64,000 bases of DNA, from positions 1,664,001 through 1,728,000 of the forward strand of contig CP182352.1 of NCBI GenBank assembly GCA_048571215.1. Direction: 5' to 3'. Under the pieces are notes generated by a model. It worked only from the letters and a program-made list of their open reading frames with translations. It had not been told where the DNA came from and ran no database searches. How positions within the stretch are numbered: the stretch's first letter is position 1; the number at the start of each line of letters is the position of its first letter. The DNA is from Halarcobacter sp. GTDB taxonomy: Bacteria > Campylobacterota > Campylobacteria > Campylobacterales > Arcobacteraceae. The translations under genes and the position numbers were made by a program. This document shows positions 10,402 to 20,640 of this stretch, piece by piece.

Positions 10402-11316
10402 TTAGGGATTTAAATCATCTAATATTGAACCAAATAGATAAGTTTTATTTTTTTGTAAAAACTCATTAAACTTAATTATCCCTTTTGGTTCATTTTTATT
10501 TCCATGAATAAGCACAAGACTACCCTGCTTTATCATCTCATTTTTTGCCAACCAAGTATCACTTCCAACAGGAATTAGACCTAAAGAATTGATTAAAAGG
10601 GAACTTTTTTTATCTGATATAAGCCCAGGAAACCTAAAAAGGATTGAGGGTGTAAGCCCATAAGATAAAAGAAGTTTTTCCAAATCTAGTACTTCATCTA
10701 TAATATTTGTTTTGTCAATCAATAAAAAATTTTTTTCAAGAGGAAGTTTCTTATTATAAGGATGATTGTAAGTATGATTTCCCCACGTAATATCTAGTAT
10801 TCCTTTTTTTTGTAGGGATAATAATTCTAAAAACTGTTTTTCATGTTTATCAATCCATTTACCTGAAATAAAAATACTAATGGGTATATCTCTATGTTTT
10901 TGATAAATTTTATTTAAACTATTGAAAAAACTATCTTCATAACCACTTTTTGATGAAGGGCATAAATCAACTGTAAGATAAATAGAGTTTGAATTTATAT
11001 GTTTTAAACCATAGTTTTTAAGAGTAAAAATAGGTTTTGAATATTGATTTAATAGTTTTTTATATTTACTGTTATTAAGTTTGTTTTCCCGTGCTTTAAA
11101 AAAATACTCTTTTTTTAAAACTTTTGTTTGCAAACTATTTTCATCAACTACCAAAAAATATTTTTTATCATCAATAGAAAAAGAGCGTAAGATTGTATAG
11201 TATTTATTTTCATTTATAACTGACTTATTTACTATTTTATACTCTTTTATTTGAACTTTTTCATTTGCAAAAATAGCTGTAGACAAAATACATATAAGTA
11301 GAAAAACTGTTTTCAT
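10402..11316 (-). CDS. Polysaccharide deacetylase family protein
   Basis: LTVDLCPS, NHTYNH, FRFPGL, LIHGN. Confidence 0.75.
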   Translation of the reverse strand: MKTVFLLICILSTAIFANEKVQIKEYKIVNKSVINENKYYTILRSFSIDDKKYFLVVDENSLQTKVLKKEYFFKARENKLNNSKYKKLLNQYSKPIFTLKNYGLKHINSNSIYLTVDLCPSSKSGYEDSFFNSLNKIYQKHRDIPISIFISGKWIDKHEKQFLELLSLQKKGILDITWGNHTYNHPYNKKLPLEKNFLLIDKTNIIDEVLDLEKLLLSYGLTPSILFRFPGLISDKKSSLLINSLGLIPVGSDTWLAKNEMIKQGSLVLIHGNKNEPKGIIKFNEFLQKNKTYLFGSILDDLNP

Positions 11317-11371
11317 AAGCCCTCTTTTAATAAAAAAAAGATTATATCATAAGCAAATCAAAACTATTAAC

Positions 11372-12004
11372 TTAAGAATTATTTTTCATTCTTAAAAGTG
11401 CAAAGCCCATAAAAAAGAATAAACCACCTGTTAATTTATTGATTAAATTCATTCTATTTTTATCAGTTAAATAAGCTTTAGATCTTTTTGATAAATAACC
11501 ATAAGTACATAAAGATGAAAAAGAGATTATCAAAAATATACCTGTCATTATAAAAAACTGAATAGTAATTGAACTATTTAAATCTAAAAATTGAGGGAAA
11601 ATTGCAGTAAAAAAAAGTATTGGTTTTGGATTTGTAATAGCTAAAATAAATGATTCAAAAAAATAAACCTTTTTTGTTTTTTTGTTTTTTTCTTCATTAA
11701 CATCTTCTATATTTATTATCCCATTATTTCTAATAAATTTAAAGCCTAAATAGATAAGATAAAAAGCACCAATTATTTTTACTATCATAAAAAGAGTTGC
11801 CGAAGTAGTTAAAATAGCTCCTAAACCTAGTATTGATGCAGTAGATAAAATAAAAAGACCTAAAATATTTGCAAAAGATGTAATTGCTACAGTTCTCATA
11901 TCTGTTCTAATTCCATTTACAATTGCTAATACAATTGCTGGACCAGGACTAGTGATATAAAAAAATGCTACAAGAAAATAAACTAAAAGTGTATCTAAAT
12001 TCAT
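11372..12004 (-). CDS. LysE/RhtB family exporter
   Basis: SPGPA, GAFYLIYLG, TNPK motifs. Confidence 0.85.
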   Translation of the reverse strand: MNLDTLLVYFLVAFFYITSPGPAIVLAIVNGIRTDMRTVAITSFANILGLFILSTASILGLGAILTTSATLFMIVKIIGAFYLIYLGFKFIRNNGIINIEDVNEEKNKKTKKVYFFESFILAITNPKPILFFTAIFPQFLDLNSSITIQFFIMTGIFLIISFSSLCTYGYLSKRSKAYLTDKNRMNLINKLTGGLFFFMGFALLRMKNNS

Positions 12005-12139
12005 AATTCTCCTTTAATTAGGGCTAATATTATATCTAATATGAAGTAAATAAATAATAAATAAACATATTTGTTAAATTGTATAATTTAAGTTTTGATG
12101 ATATATACTTTATTTTATCTATCATATACAGGGAAAACT

Positions 12140-13648
12140 ATGAAAATCATATTTATATTATCTTTTTGTCTTGTAAATCTTTTTTTTGGTCAAGCTTTAA
12201 AAAACAAATTATATCAGGTTTCAACCATTGATGCTTTATTAGCAGGATATTATGATGGAGATAAAACTGTACAAGATATTAAGTCACATGGTGATTTTGG
12301 TCTTGGAACTTTTAATGGTATAGATGGAGAGATGATTTTATATAAAGGTATTGTATACCAAGCAAAATCAACTGGAGAAATAATAAAAGTAGATAATAAT
12401 ATTGGTGTACCTTTTGCTAGTGTAAACTTTTTTGATAGTGATTATGATGAAAAAATAAAAGATATAAAATCTTATAAAGAGTTAAAAACTTTTTTAAATC
12501 AATATGATATATGCAAAAACTATCCTTGTGCATTTAAGATAAAAGGAGAGTTTTCTTATATAAAAACTAGGAGTGCTCCCAAAGCTTCAAAACCATATCC
12601 ACCCCTTGTAAAACATATAACTCAAACACAAAATATTTTTGAAAGAAACAATATAAAAGGAGTGCTTATAGGTTATTATCTTCCTCAATACTTTGCAAAA
12701 TTTAATGTACCTGGATATCATTTTCACTTTTTAAATGAAGATAAAAACTTTGGAGGTCATGTTTTACAATTGGCTATAAAAGATGCATCAATTTTTCTAG
12801 ATAGATTATATGATATTGATTTAGCCCTATTACAAACAAAAGAGTTTGAAGAAGGGGAAATAAAAGTTGGAAAAGATGATTTAGAAAAAGTTGAAAAATA
12901 TAACAATAAAGCTCTTGATAAAGATTACTACAAAAAGATTCTTAAACAAATAAATGAAGAGATAAAAAGTCAGTTTACACAAATGGATAAAAAATTAAAA
13001 ATTACTTCAAAAAAACTATCTTCTATTGATATTACATCAAATGAAGCTTTTAAAATATTAGAAAAAACTTGCAATGAAAACCCATATGCCTATGATTGTA
13101 GTACAATCGATACTAAAGGTATTATTAGACAAATTGCACCAAAAAAATATTCAAATTTTATAGGTGAAAATATAAGTAAGCAAGAACAGATTGTAAGATT
13201 ACATAAAAATAAAAAACCTGTTATTAGTAATGCCATACAAACAGTTGAAGGTTTTCAAGGTTTTGATTTAGAATACCCAATTTTTGATAATAAAAATAGA
13301 TTTATTGGTTCTGTAAGTATTTTAACAAAACCAGATTTTTTTAAAGAAGTAATAAAACAAAAAATCAAAGAAGATTCTGTAGAGATTTGTATTATGCAAC
13401 TTGATGGAAAAATCTTGTATGACTATAATAAAGAAGAGATAGGCAAGTATTTATTTGAAGATGATTTGTATAAACAGTTCCCATCTTTATTAAAAGTTGG
13501 TGAAAATATTGTTAAAAATAAAAAAGGTGAAAGTGAATATGAGTTTTTAGATAAGAAAATGAAACAAACTGTAAAAAAAAGAATATTGTGGAACACAATA
13601 CAACTACATGGTACACAATTTAGAATTACGCTGGCTTATAAGATTTGA
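12140..13648 (+). CDS. Alpha-acetolactate decarboxylase domain fused to a C-terminal Cache-like domain, with signal peptide
   Basis: LYQVSTIDALLAGYYDG, HGDFGLGTFNGIDGEM, GYHFHF, GGHV; C-half with PIFD..RFIGSVS and IMQLDGKILYD..EEIGK. Confidence 0.75.
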   Translation: MKIIFILSFCLVNLFFGQALKNKLYQVSTIDALLAGYYDGDKTVQDIKSHGDFGLGTFNGIDGEMILYKGIVYQAKSTGEIIKVDNNIGVPFASVNFFDSDYDEKIKDIKSYKELKTFLNQYDICKNYPCAFKIKGEFSYIKTRSAPKASKPYPPLVKHITQTQNIFERNNIKGVLIGYYLPQYFAKFNVPGYHFHFLNEDKNFGGHVLQLAIKDASIFLDRLYDIDLALLQTKEFEEGEIKVGKDDLEKVEKYNNKALDKDYYKKILKQINEEIKSQFTQMDKKLKITSKKLSSIDITSNEAFKILEKTCNENPYAYDCSTIDTKGIIRQIAPKKYSNFIGENISKQEQIVRLHKNKKPVISNAIQTVEGFQGFDLEYPIFDNKNRFIGSVSILTKPDFFKEVIKQKIKEDSVEICIMQLDGKILYDYNKEEIGKYLFEDDLYKQFPSLLKVGENIVKNKKGESEYEFLDKKMKQTVKKRILWNTIQLHGTQFRITLAYKI

Positions 13649-13710
13649 TTTTATACTATATAAATATTTATAAATTTGATATATTATTAATTTACAAGTA
13701 AACTAAAAAA

Positions 13711-14121
13711 TTAGTTTACTTGTCTTTTAAAATTATGATTATAGATTAATATACCCATTAAAATAAAAACTACATTTTTAACTATATATTGTCCCACTAA
13801 AGTAAAAGCATATGGTGCTTTTGTAAAAGATAATTCAGGCAATAAGATCAATGGTGAAAAGGTCAAAACCATATGGATAAAAAATAAAATCAATGCATAT
13901 CTTAAATAGATACCAAAAAATAAACCTATACCAACAAAAAGTTCCCAAATAGCTAAAAGTTTTATAGATATAGCTGCAGGAATCAAACCAAAAAATAATA
14001 TATCAATAGTTTTTGTAGCTAATACCTCTGCTGGACTTAACTGTGGAAAAAACTTTAATACTCCATACCAAATAAAAATAACACCAAGTGCCATTCTACT
14101 AAGTTTTAAAACGTCATTCAT
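13711..14121 (-). CDS. DoxX family membrane protein
   Basis: RMALG.IFIWYG.LKF, GQYIVKN. Confidence 0.75.
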   Translation of the reverse strand: MNDVLKLSRMALGVIFIWYGVLKFFPQLSPAEVLATKTIDILFFGLIPAAISIKLLAIWELFVGIGLFFGIYLRYALILFFIHMVLTFSPLILLPELSFTKAPYAFTLVGQYIVKNVVFILMGILIYNHNFKRQVN

Positions 14122-14417
14122 ACTTCTCCTTTTTTTAAAAAAATGATTATATCAGATTTTACTTTAATTTTGATAATCGTTATTGTTTATTTTTTACGAC
14201 TTAAATAATTTTACTTATTTAAGTATAGGTTTTCAGTGATAGATATCACAATAACTTGTGAAAATTAAATATAGATGATTTATATAGAAAGTACTTTTAA
14301 TTTTTTTAAAACTAAATTCCTCTTTAAAATATCCAAATTTTTTATTTTTTAGAGATATTTAAGTTATATGAGTTGTATTACCCTATATAATTGTTAAAAT
14401 TAACAAAAGGGTATTTT

Positions 14418-14888
14418 ATGTCTGGAAAAATAGTAAAACTTCTTTTAGCAAAAGATATTGAGTCTTCTATGCAAAATGTAAATCAAATGGTTTTAGAAGA
14501 GAATAAAGGGATATTTGGAGATAGATATTATAATCAAGAGGGAACATTTTCAAATAAAGGCGAAGTTGAACCAGATAGAGATGTCACTTTAATAGAAATA
14601 GAAAATATAGAATCTTTTAATCAAGAACATAATGAAAACTTAAAAGCTGAGGACTTAAGACGAAATATTGTTATCTCAAATTGTAATTTAAATGACCTAG
14701 TAGATAAGCAGTTCCAAATAGGCAATGTTGTCTTAAAAGGGGTGCGTTTATGTGAACCTTGCAGTTTTTTGGCTAAAAAACTAAATAATGACAAGTTTCT
14801 AAATGCAATGATACATAAATCAGGTCTTAGAGCACAAATAATAAAGGGAGGATGTATAGATTTAGATTGTCAATTAGAAGTGCTATAA
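14418..14888 (+). CDS. MOSC domain protein
   Basis: GDRY, RRNI, CEPC, GLRAQI. Confidence 0.8.
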   Translation: MSGKIVKLLLAKDIESSMQNVNQMVLEENKGIFGDRYYNQEGTFSNKGEVEPDRDVTLIEIENIESFNQEHNENLKAEDLRRNIVISNCNLNDLVDKQFQIGNVVLKGVRLCEPCSFLAKKLNNDKFLNAMIHKSGLRAQIIKGGCIDLDCQLEVL

Positions 14889-14897
14889 AATCTATAT

Positions 14898-15299
14898 TTA
14901 CTCCTTATCAAAGCCATCAACAATAATTGCTCCCATTGATGCTGGCATAGATATAACTATCACTCTTTTGATTGCAACAATAGTTTCATCAATAAGTGGT
15001 AGTTTATCAATTGACAATAATATCAATGATACAACTATAAAAGCTATTAGATAAGCTATAAATACTCTAAATAAAAATGCAAATTTTCTATGTTTAATAT
15101 CTGCTTGAAAAATACTTTCATAAGTATAAAAACCTAAAAAACAAAATGATAATAAAAGTAGTATAAATAGATTTGCAAAAGGAAGTGTTTCACTTAATTT
15201 CCAAGCCTCTTCTGAAAAAGATATAGGAATTGCCAAAGCAAAAGCACCAATAATAATCTGACTAGCGTCTTCTAAATTAAATCGTAAATTATTTATCAT
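14898..15299 (-). CDS. DUF2391-like membrane protein
   Basis: GAFALAIPISFSEEAW, PASMGAIIVD. Confidence 0.65.
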   Translation of the reverse strand: MINNLRFNLEDASQIIIGAFALAIPISFSEEAWKLSETLPFANLFILLLLSFCFLGFYTYESIFQADIKHRKFAFLFRVFIAYLIAFIVVSLILLSIDKLPLIDETIVAIKRVIVISMPASMGAIIVDGFDKE

Positions 15300-15454
15300 A
15301 ATATTAAACTCTTTTATCTTATTTTTTTAGATATTATACTATTTTTTGCTATTTAACCATATTGAATTAAATAAAAATAGTTATAAAAAAAACTTAATTG
15401 CTATTTAATCTTTAGATGTTACATTTCACTTTTAAATATACAAAAAGGATTTTT

Positions 15455-15949
15455 ATGGAAAAAATTGGATTATTTTATGGAAGTGACACAGGAACAACAG
15501 AAGAGATTGTAGAAAAAATCAAAGATACTTTTTCAAAAAAAATAGAGCTTCACAATATAGAAAATAGTACAAAAGAAGATATAGAACAATATAATAAGCT
15601 AATATTAGCTTCATCTACTTGGGGTGATGGGGACTTGCAAGGTGATTGGGAAGATTTTGAATCTAACTTAGAGGAGATAGATTTTTCAAATAAAACAATA
15701 GCCCTAGTAGGTTTAGGTGATCAAGAAGGTTATGAGGATACATTTTGTAATGCCTTAGGACATCTATATGAGTATGTAAAAGATGCAAAGATTGTTGGAA
15801 AAACTTCAACTGAGGGTTATGAATTTGAGGAGTCTACAGCTGTGGTTGATGATCAATTTGTAGGATTAGTAATTGATGAAGACAATCAAAGTGAATTAAC
15901 AGACAAAAGGATTGAGGATTGGGTAAAAGATATTGAAGACTTATTTTAA
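15455..15949 (+). CDS. fldA: Long-chain flavodoxin
   Basis: YGSDTGTTE, STWGDG, GLGDQ, FVGLVIDEDNQ. Confidence 0.9.
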   Translation: MEKIGLFYGSDTGTTEEIVEKIKDTFSKKIELHNIENSTKEDIEQYNKLILASSTWGDGDLQGDWEDFESNLEEIDFSNKTIALVGLGDQEGYEDTFCNALGHLYEYVKDAKIVGKTSTEGYEFEESTAVVDDQFVGLVIDEDNQSELTDKRIEDWVKDIEDLF

Positions 15950-16029
15950 TAATATTTAAATATATTTTTAATTTATCTATATATAAAAAATTTAGATATA
16001 CTATTTGGAACAAATCAAAAAAGGAGTCA

Positions 16030-16140
16030 TTTTCAAGTAGTTGTTACAAATATTTTAGACAATGAAGTTGAAGTTGATTTCAATCACCCATTAGCAGGAA
16101 AAAATTTATATTTTTAATTACTATTCAAGCTATAAAATAA
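16030..16140 (+). pseudogene. 3' remnant of a third SlyD-like FKBP gene
   Basis: Translates FQVVVTNILDNEVEVDFNHPLAGKNLYF*, close to the C-terminus of 6799..7218; no 5' part. Confidence 0.7.
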
Positions 16141-16171
16141 ATATATGCCCAAGAGTAACTTGGGCATATAT
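16141..16171 (+). terminator. Terminator-like hairpin after the SlyD remnant
   Basis: atatatgcccaag-agtaa-cttgggcatatat. Confidence 0.65.
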
Positions 16172-16274
16172 TTATATGTAAACTTTCATATATATAATTA
16201 ATTATAATAATTAATTTCTCTTATTTATACTAAATTTGCTAAAATTTAAATAACTATTCATTAAAGGATTATTA

Positions 16275-17096
16275 ATGAAACTGATAAAATTAATTTTACT
16301 ATTAAGCTTTTTTTCTATACTTTGTGTTGCCGATAGTTTAAAGATAGGTGTAACTCCATATACTAATGCTTTAAAAATAATAAAAATATATAAACCCCTT
16401 ACTGATTTTTTAACAAAAGAATTAAACACTAATGTTGAAGTATACACTTCAAGTGATTATAAAAAATTTTACGAAGATGTTGAAAATGGTGATTTTGATT
16501 TAATTATTACATCACCACATTTTGGCGCACTTCATATCCAAAATGGTTTTATACCAATATATAGATACAATACTTCTTTAGATTTATTAATAATTGTATT
16601 AAAAGATAGTCCTTATAAAAAAATTTCTGATTTAAAAAACACAACTATAGCTACACCTGATTATCTAGCAGCTTTAAATATTGGTGGAGTAAAAACTTTA
16701 TTGGATAATGGTTTAATTGAAGGGAAAAATTTTAATTTAGAAGATTTAGGTTCTCATACTAGTGCTATAAAAAGTGTATTATTAAAAACTACTGATGCAT
16801 CTATAACAACATATAGTCCTCTGAAACAATTTTCAGATAAAGAGCTTTTAAAGAAAATTAGAATTTTAGAATCAGATTTTAAAATGCCACATCTATTTAC
16901 CTTGGCTAATCCAAAACTTAACAAAAATAAGATTAATCAAATAAAAGAAAAACTAAAAAAATTTGAGAAATCTTCTGAAGGAAAAATTTTCTTTAAAAAA
17001 ACTGGATATAAAGGATACATAAACATTTCTAAAGAAGATATTGAAAGTTTATTAACTGTTTCCAAAGATACAAAAAAATATTTAGGGATAAAATGA
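16275..17096 (+). CDS. PhnD-like phosphate/phosphonate-type substrate-binding protein
   Basis: Signal peptide, LKIGVTPY, GSHTSAI; overlaps the kinase start (ATGA). Confidence 0.75.
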   Translation: MKLIKLILLLSFFSILCVADSLKIGVTPYTNALKIIKIYKPLTDFLTKELNTNVEVYTSSDYKKFYEDVENGDFDLIITSPHFGALHIQNGFIPIYRYNTSLDLLIIVLKDSPYKKISDLKNTTIATPDYLAALNIGGVKTLLDNGLIEGKNFNLEDLGSHTSAIKSVLLKTTDASITTYSPLKQFSDKELLKKIRILESDFKMPHLFTLANPKLNKNKINQIKEKLKKFEKSSEGKIFFKKTGYKGYINISKEDIESLLTVSKDTKKYLGIK

Positions 17097-19282
17097 GATT
17101 TTTTAATAGTCTAAGATTTAAACTAGTAGCTTTTTCTCTTTTGATAGAGATTACTGCTTTATCATTACTAATCATAAATGCAGATAGATTAATACTTAAT
17201 TATTTAAGTTCTTCGATAACAAAACAAATAGAAAGTACAAAATCAAACTTTCAAGCATCACTATTGCCTCTATTAGTAGAAAGAGATTACGCGACACTTG
17301 ATTCTTTATTGAAAGATTATGTTGCTTCAGAGGATTTAATATATATTTTAATAAAAAAAGATGACAAAACTATATCAAGTGCAAATTGGCATCAAAATGA
17401 TTCTATTCCTAAACAAAGTTCTTCACTAAAAAATGATGAAAATATTTATCACACAAGTGTTGATATAATGTTTTCTAATCAATCATATGGAAAAGTTTAT
17501 TTTGGTTTTAATACAAGTTTTTTAAATCAAGCAAGTAAAGAACTGTTTTCCCAAAGCTTTTTTATTGCATCTTTAGAGATTTTATTAAGTATATTGCTAC
17601 TTTTTACTATTGGTTATTTACTTACAAAACATCTAACAACATTAACCCAAGCTAGTGAAAAGATATCACAAAATGAGTTTGATATTAATCTTAAAATAAA
17701 GACAAAAGATGAAATAGGTGTATTATCTAAAACCTTTAATAAAATGGTAGGCAAAATTAAATCACAAATATCTATGATAGAAGAAAGAAATCAATTTAAA
17801 AAAGCTATTTTTGATAATATAGCTTACAATGTAGTAGTATTTGACAAAAATGGTTTAATCACATCATTTAATAAAAGAGCTGAGATAAACTTCGGATATA
17901 GTTCCGAAGAAGTTGTAAATAAAAAAAATATAACTATTTTTTGTGAAAAAAAAGATTTAGAAAAAAAAGCTAAAGAACTTTCATTTATATATAAAGAAGA
18001 GATAGAAGCAAATCATAAAGTTATTACATTCAAAACTGATAAGGGTTTGGAAAATCAAAGCTATTGGGAGATTAAAACTAAAAACAATCAAAAAATAATT
18101 GTAAAACTTATAATAACTGCTTTAAGAGATGAAAATGAAAAAGTAACAGGATATATTGGTGTTGCAGAAGATAAGACTGAAAAATACTATCTTGAAAAAT
18201 CTCTAAAAGAAGAAACTCACAGAATAAAGACCATACTTGATAATGCAGGTGACTTTATACATATATTAGATATAAAAGGGAACCTTTATATGTATAGTAC
18301 TTCATTTATAAATTCTCTTGGATATACTGAAGAAGAAGCGAAAACCTTAAATGTAAAAGATTGGGATATGGAATTAGATTTTAAAGATACTATTGAAGAT
18401 TTAATAAACAATCCAAGAACATTTGAATCAAAACATAAAAGAAAAGATGGAACTCTTTTTGATGTTGAAATAAAAATAAAAGATATAGTTTTAGACGGTA
18501 ATCCTTATTTATATGCTGCATCAAGAGACATAACACAAAGAAATCAAATACAAGAAGAATTAAGACAAAAAGATATGCTTTTACAACAACAAACTAGACT
18601 ATCATCTATGGGAGAAATGATGGGGAATATTGCTCATCAATGGAGACAACCTCTTAGTCTTATCTCTGCAATAGCAACCGCTTATCAACTAAAAAATTCA
18701 ATGCAACAAACAATAACTCAAGAAGAAACACTTGAAAATATGAAAAAAATCAATGATACAGTTCAATATTTATCTAAAACTATAGAAGACTTTAGAAATT
18801 TCTTTAGATCAAGTACACAAAAAGAGATTTTTAAATTATCAAAAGTTATTAAAGATTGTGAAAATATCACCTCAGCAACATATAAAAATAATCATATTGT
18901 TTTAAAAAAAGTAATTGAAGATCCAAATATGGAATATAATGGTGCAAGTAGTATGCTATCTCAAGTTATATTAAATCTATTTTCAAATGCAAAAGATGTT
19001 TTAGTAGAAAAACAAATTAAAAATAAAATTGTAAAGATAACATTGCAATATGAAAATAACTCAACTATTATAAAAGTAAAAGATAATGCAGGTGGCGTTC
19101 CTGAAAATATTGTAGATAAGATTTTTGATCCATACTTTACAACAAAACATCAAAGTCAAGGTACGGGAATAGGTCTATATATGAGTTCGCAAATAATTCA
19201 AAAACATTTTAAGGGGATGATTAGTGTTAGAAATGTGGAAGATGAAGATGGATTCGGTGCAGAATTTATAGTAAAAATTTAA
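17093..19282 (+). CDS. HAMP-PAS-PAS sensor histidine kinase
   Basis: DEIGVLSKTFN, two PAS regions, IAHQWRQPL, NLFSNA, DNAGG, GTGIGL. Confidence 0.9.
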   Translation: MRFFNSLRFKLVAFSLLIEITALSLLIINADRLILNYLSSSITKQIESTKSNFQASLLPLLVERDYATLDSLLKDYVASEDLIYILIKKDDKTISSANWHQNDSIPKQSSSLKNDENIYHTSVDIMFSNQSYGKVYFGFNTSFLNQASKELFSQSFFIASLEILLSILLLFTIGYLLTKHLTTLTQASEKISQNEFDINLKIKTKDEIGVLSKTFNKMVGKIKSQISMIEERNQFKKAIFDNIAYNVVVFDKNGLITSFNKRAEINFGYSSEEVVNKKNITIFCEKKDLEKKAKELSFIYKEEIEANHKVITFKTDKGLENQSYWEIKTKNNQKIIVKLIITALRDENEKVTGYIGVAEDKTEKYYLEKSLKEETHRIKTILDNAGDFIHILDIKGNLYMYSTSFINSLGYTEEEAKTLNVKDWDMELDFKDTIEDLINNPRTFESKHKRKDGTLFDVEIKIKDIVLDGNPYLYAASRDITQRNQIQEELRQKDMLLQQQTRLSSMGEMMGNIAHQWRQPLSLISAIATAYQLKNSMQQTITQEETLENMKKINDTVQYLSKTIEDFRNFFRSSTQKEIFKLSKVIKDCENITSATYKNNHIVLKKVIEDPNMEYNGASSMLSQVILNLFSNAKDVLVEKQIKNKIVKITLQYENNSTIIKVKDNAGGVPENIVDKIFDPYFTTKHQSQGTGIGLYMSSQIIQKHFKGMISVRNVEDEDGFGAEFIVKI

Positions 19283-19310
19283 TTATAAAAAACTACTAAC
19301 CAAATCTTAA

Positions 19311-20640
19311 GGGAGTGTTAGAAAATCTGTGTCAGTCTGATATAATAAATATTATAAGGATTGATATAGATGGAAAAGAAAAAACAATTTGATTTTAATG
19401 AAGCTGTACAAGATTTACTTGCAGGTAAAAATATCAATGGTAAAGATGGAGTACTTGCTCCATTAGTAAAACAATTAGTTGAAGCTGCTTTAGAAGCAGA
19501 ATTAGATTCTCATATAACTCAAGATGTATTTGCAGGAAATAAAAATAGAAAGAATGGTAAAAGCTCTAAAACAATAAAATCAACAAGTGGTTCCTTTGAA
19601 TTGAATACTCCAAGAGATAGAACAGGTTCTTTTGAACCACAACTTGTAAAGAAAAACCAAACAACAATGTCTAATGAAATAGAAGAAAAGATATTATCTA
19701 TGTATGGCTTAGGATTAAGCTATAGAGATATTATAAAACATATTGAAGAGATATATCAAATACAATTATCAAGTGCAACAATAAGCACTATTACAGATAA
19801 AATTATAGATAAGGTAAAAGCTTGGCAAAGTAGACCTTTAGAAGCTATTTATCCATTTGTATGGCTTGATGCGATACATTATAAAATAAAAGATGGTGGG
19901 AAGTATGTGAGTAAAGCAGTTTACACAGTTTTAGGGATGGGAATTGATGGTAAAAAAGATATATTAGGATTATATTTATCCCAAAGTGAAGGAGCAAACT
20001 TCTGGCTTAGTGTTCTTACTGATTTAAATAATAGAGGATTAGAAGATATACTAATTGCATCAGTAGATGGTCTTAAAGGCTTTCCTGAAGCTATTAAAAC
20101 AATATATCCAAATACCGAAGTACAACTTTGTGTTGTACATCAAATTCGTAATTCATTGAAGTATGTAGCTTCTAAAGACCAAAAAGAGTTTATGAGAGAT
20201 TTAAAACTTGTTTATCAAGCAACAACAAAAGAACTTGCAGAAGATGAGCTTTTAAAACTAGATGAAAAATGGGGGAAAAGATATCCCATAGTACTTCAAT
20301 CTTGGCAAAATAAATGGGAGAATTTATCTTATTATTTTAAATATCCAAAAGAGATAAGAAAGATTATGTACACTACAAATATTATTGAATCTGTACATAG
20401 GCAATTTAGAAAATTAACCAAAACAAAAGGAGCTTTCCCTAATGAGAATTCACTTTTAAAATTGTTGTATATGGGAATATTAAATGCAAAAGTAAAATGG
20501 ACTCAGCCAGTGCATAATTGGAGTTTAACAATCTCCCAACTTGCTATATTTTTCGAAGGGAGATTGGATAATTATTTAGAGTTGTAACAAGTATGGATTT
20601 GTTACTTTAGGTGACTTGACACAGATTTTTGAACGGTCTC
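19311..20640 (+). mobile_element. IS256-family insertion sequence, intact
   Basis: IRL gggagtgttagaaaatctgtgtca; IRR reverse complement gagaccgttcaaaaatctgtgtca; 8-bp target duplication aatcttaa at 19303-19310 and 20641-20648. Confidence 0.93.
19370..20587 (+). CDS. IS256-family DDE transposase
   Basis: RKNG, PRDRTGSFEP, VWLDAI, DGLKGF, QLCVVHQIRNS, TTNIIES. Confidence 0.95.
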   Translation: MEKKKQFDFNEAVQDLLAGKNINGKDGVLAPLVKQLVEAALEAELDSHITQDVFAGNKNRKNGKSSKTIKSTSGSFELNTPRDRTGSFEPQLVKKNQTTMSNEIEEKILSMYGLGLSYRDIIKHIEEIYQIQLSSATISTITDKIIDKVKAWQSRPLEAIYPFVWLDAIHYKIKDGGKYVSKAVYTVLGMGIDGKKDILGLYLSQSEGANFWLSVLTDLNNRGLEDILIASVDGLKGFPEAIKTIYPNTEVQLCVVHQIRNSLKYVASKDQKEFMRDLKLVYQATTKELAEDELLKLDEKWGKRYPIVLQSWQNKWENLSYYFKYPKEIRKIMYTTNIIESVHRQFRKLTKTKGAFPNENSLLKLLYMGILNAKVKWTQPVHNWSLTISQLAIFFEGRLDNYLEL

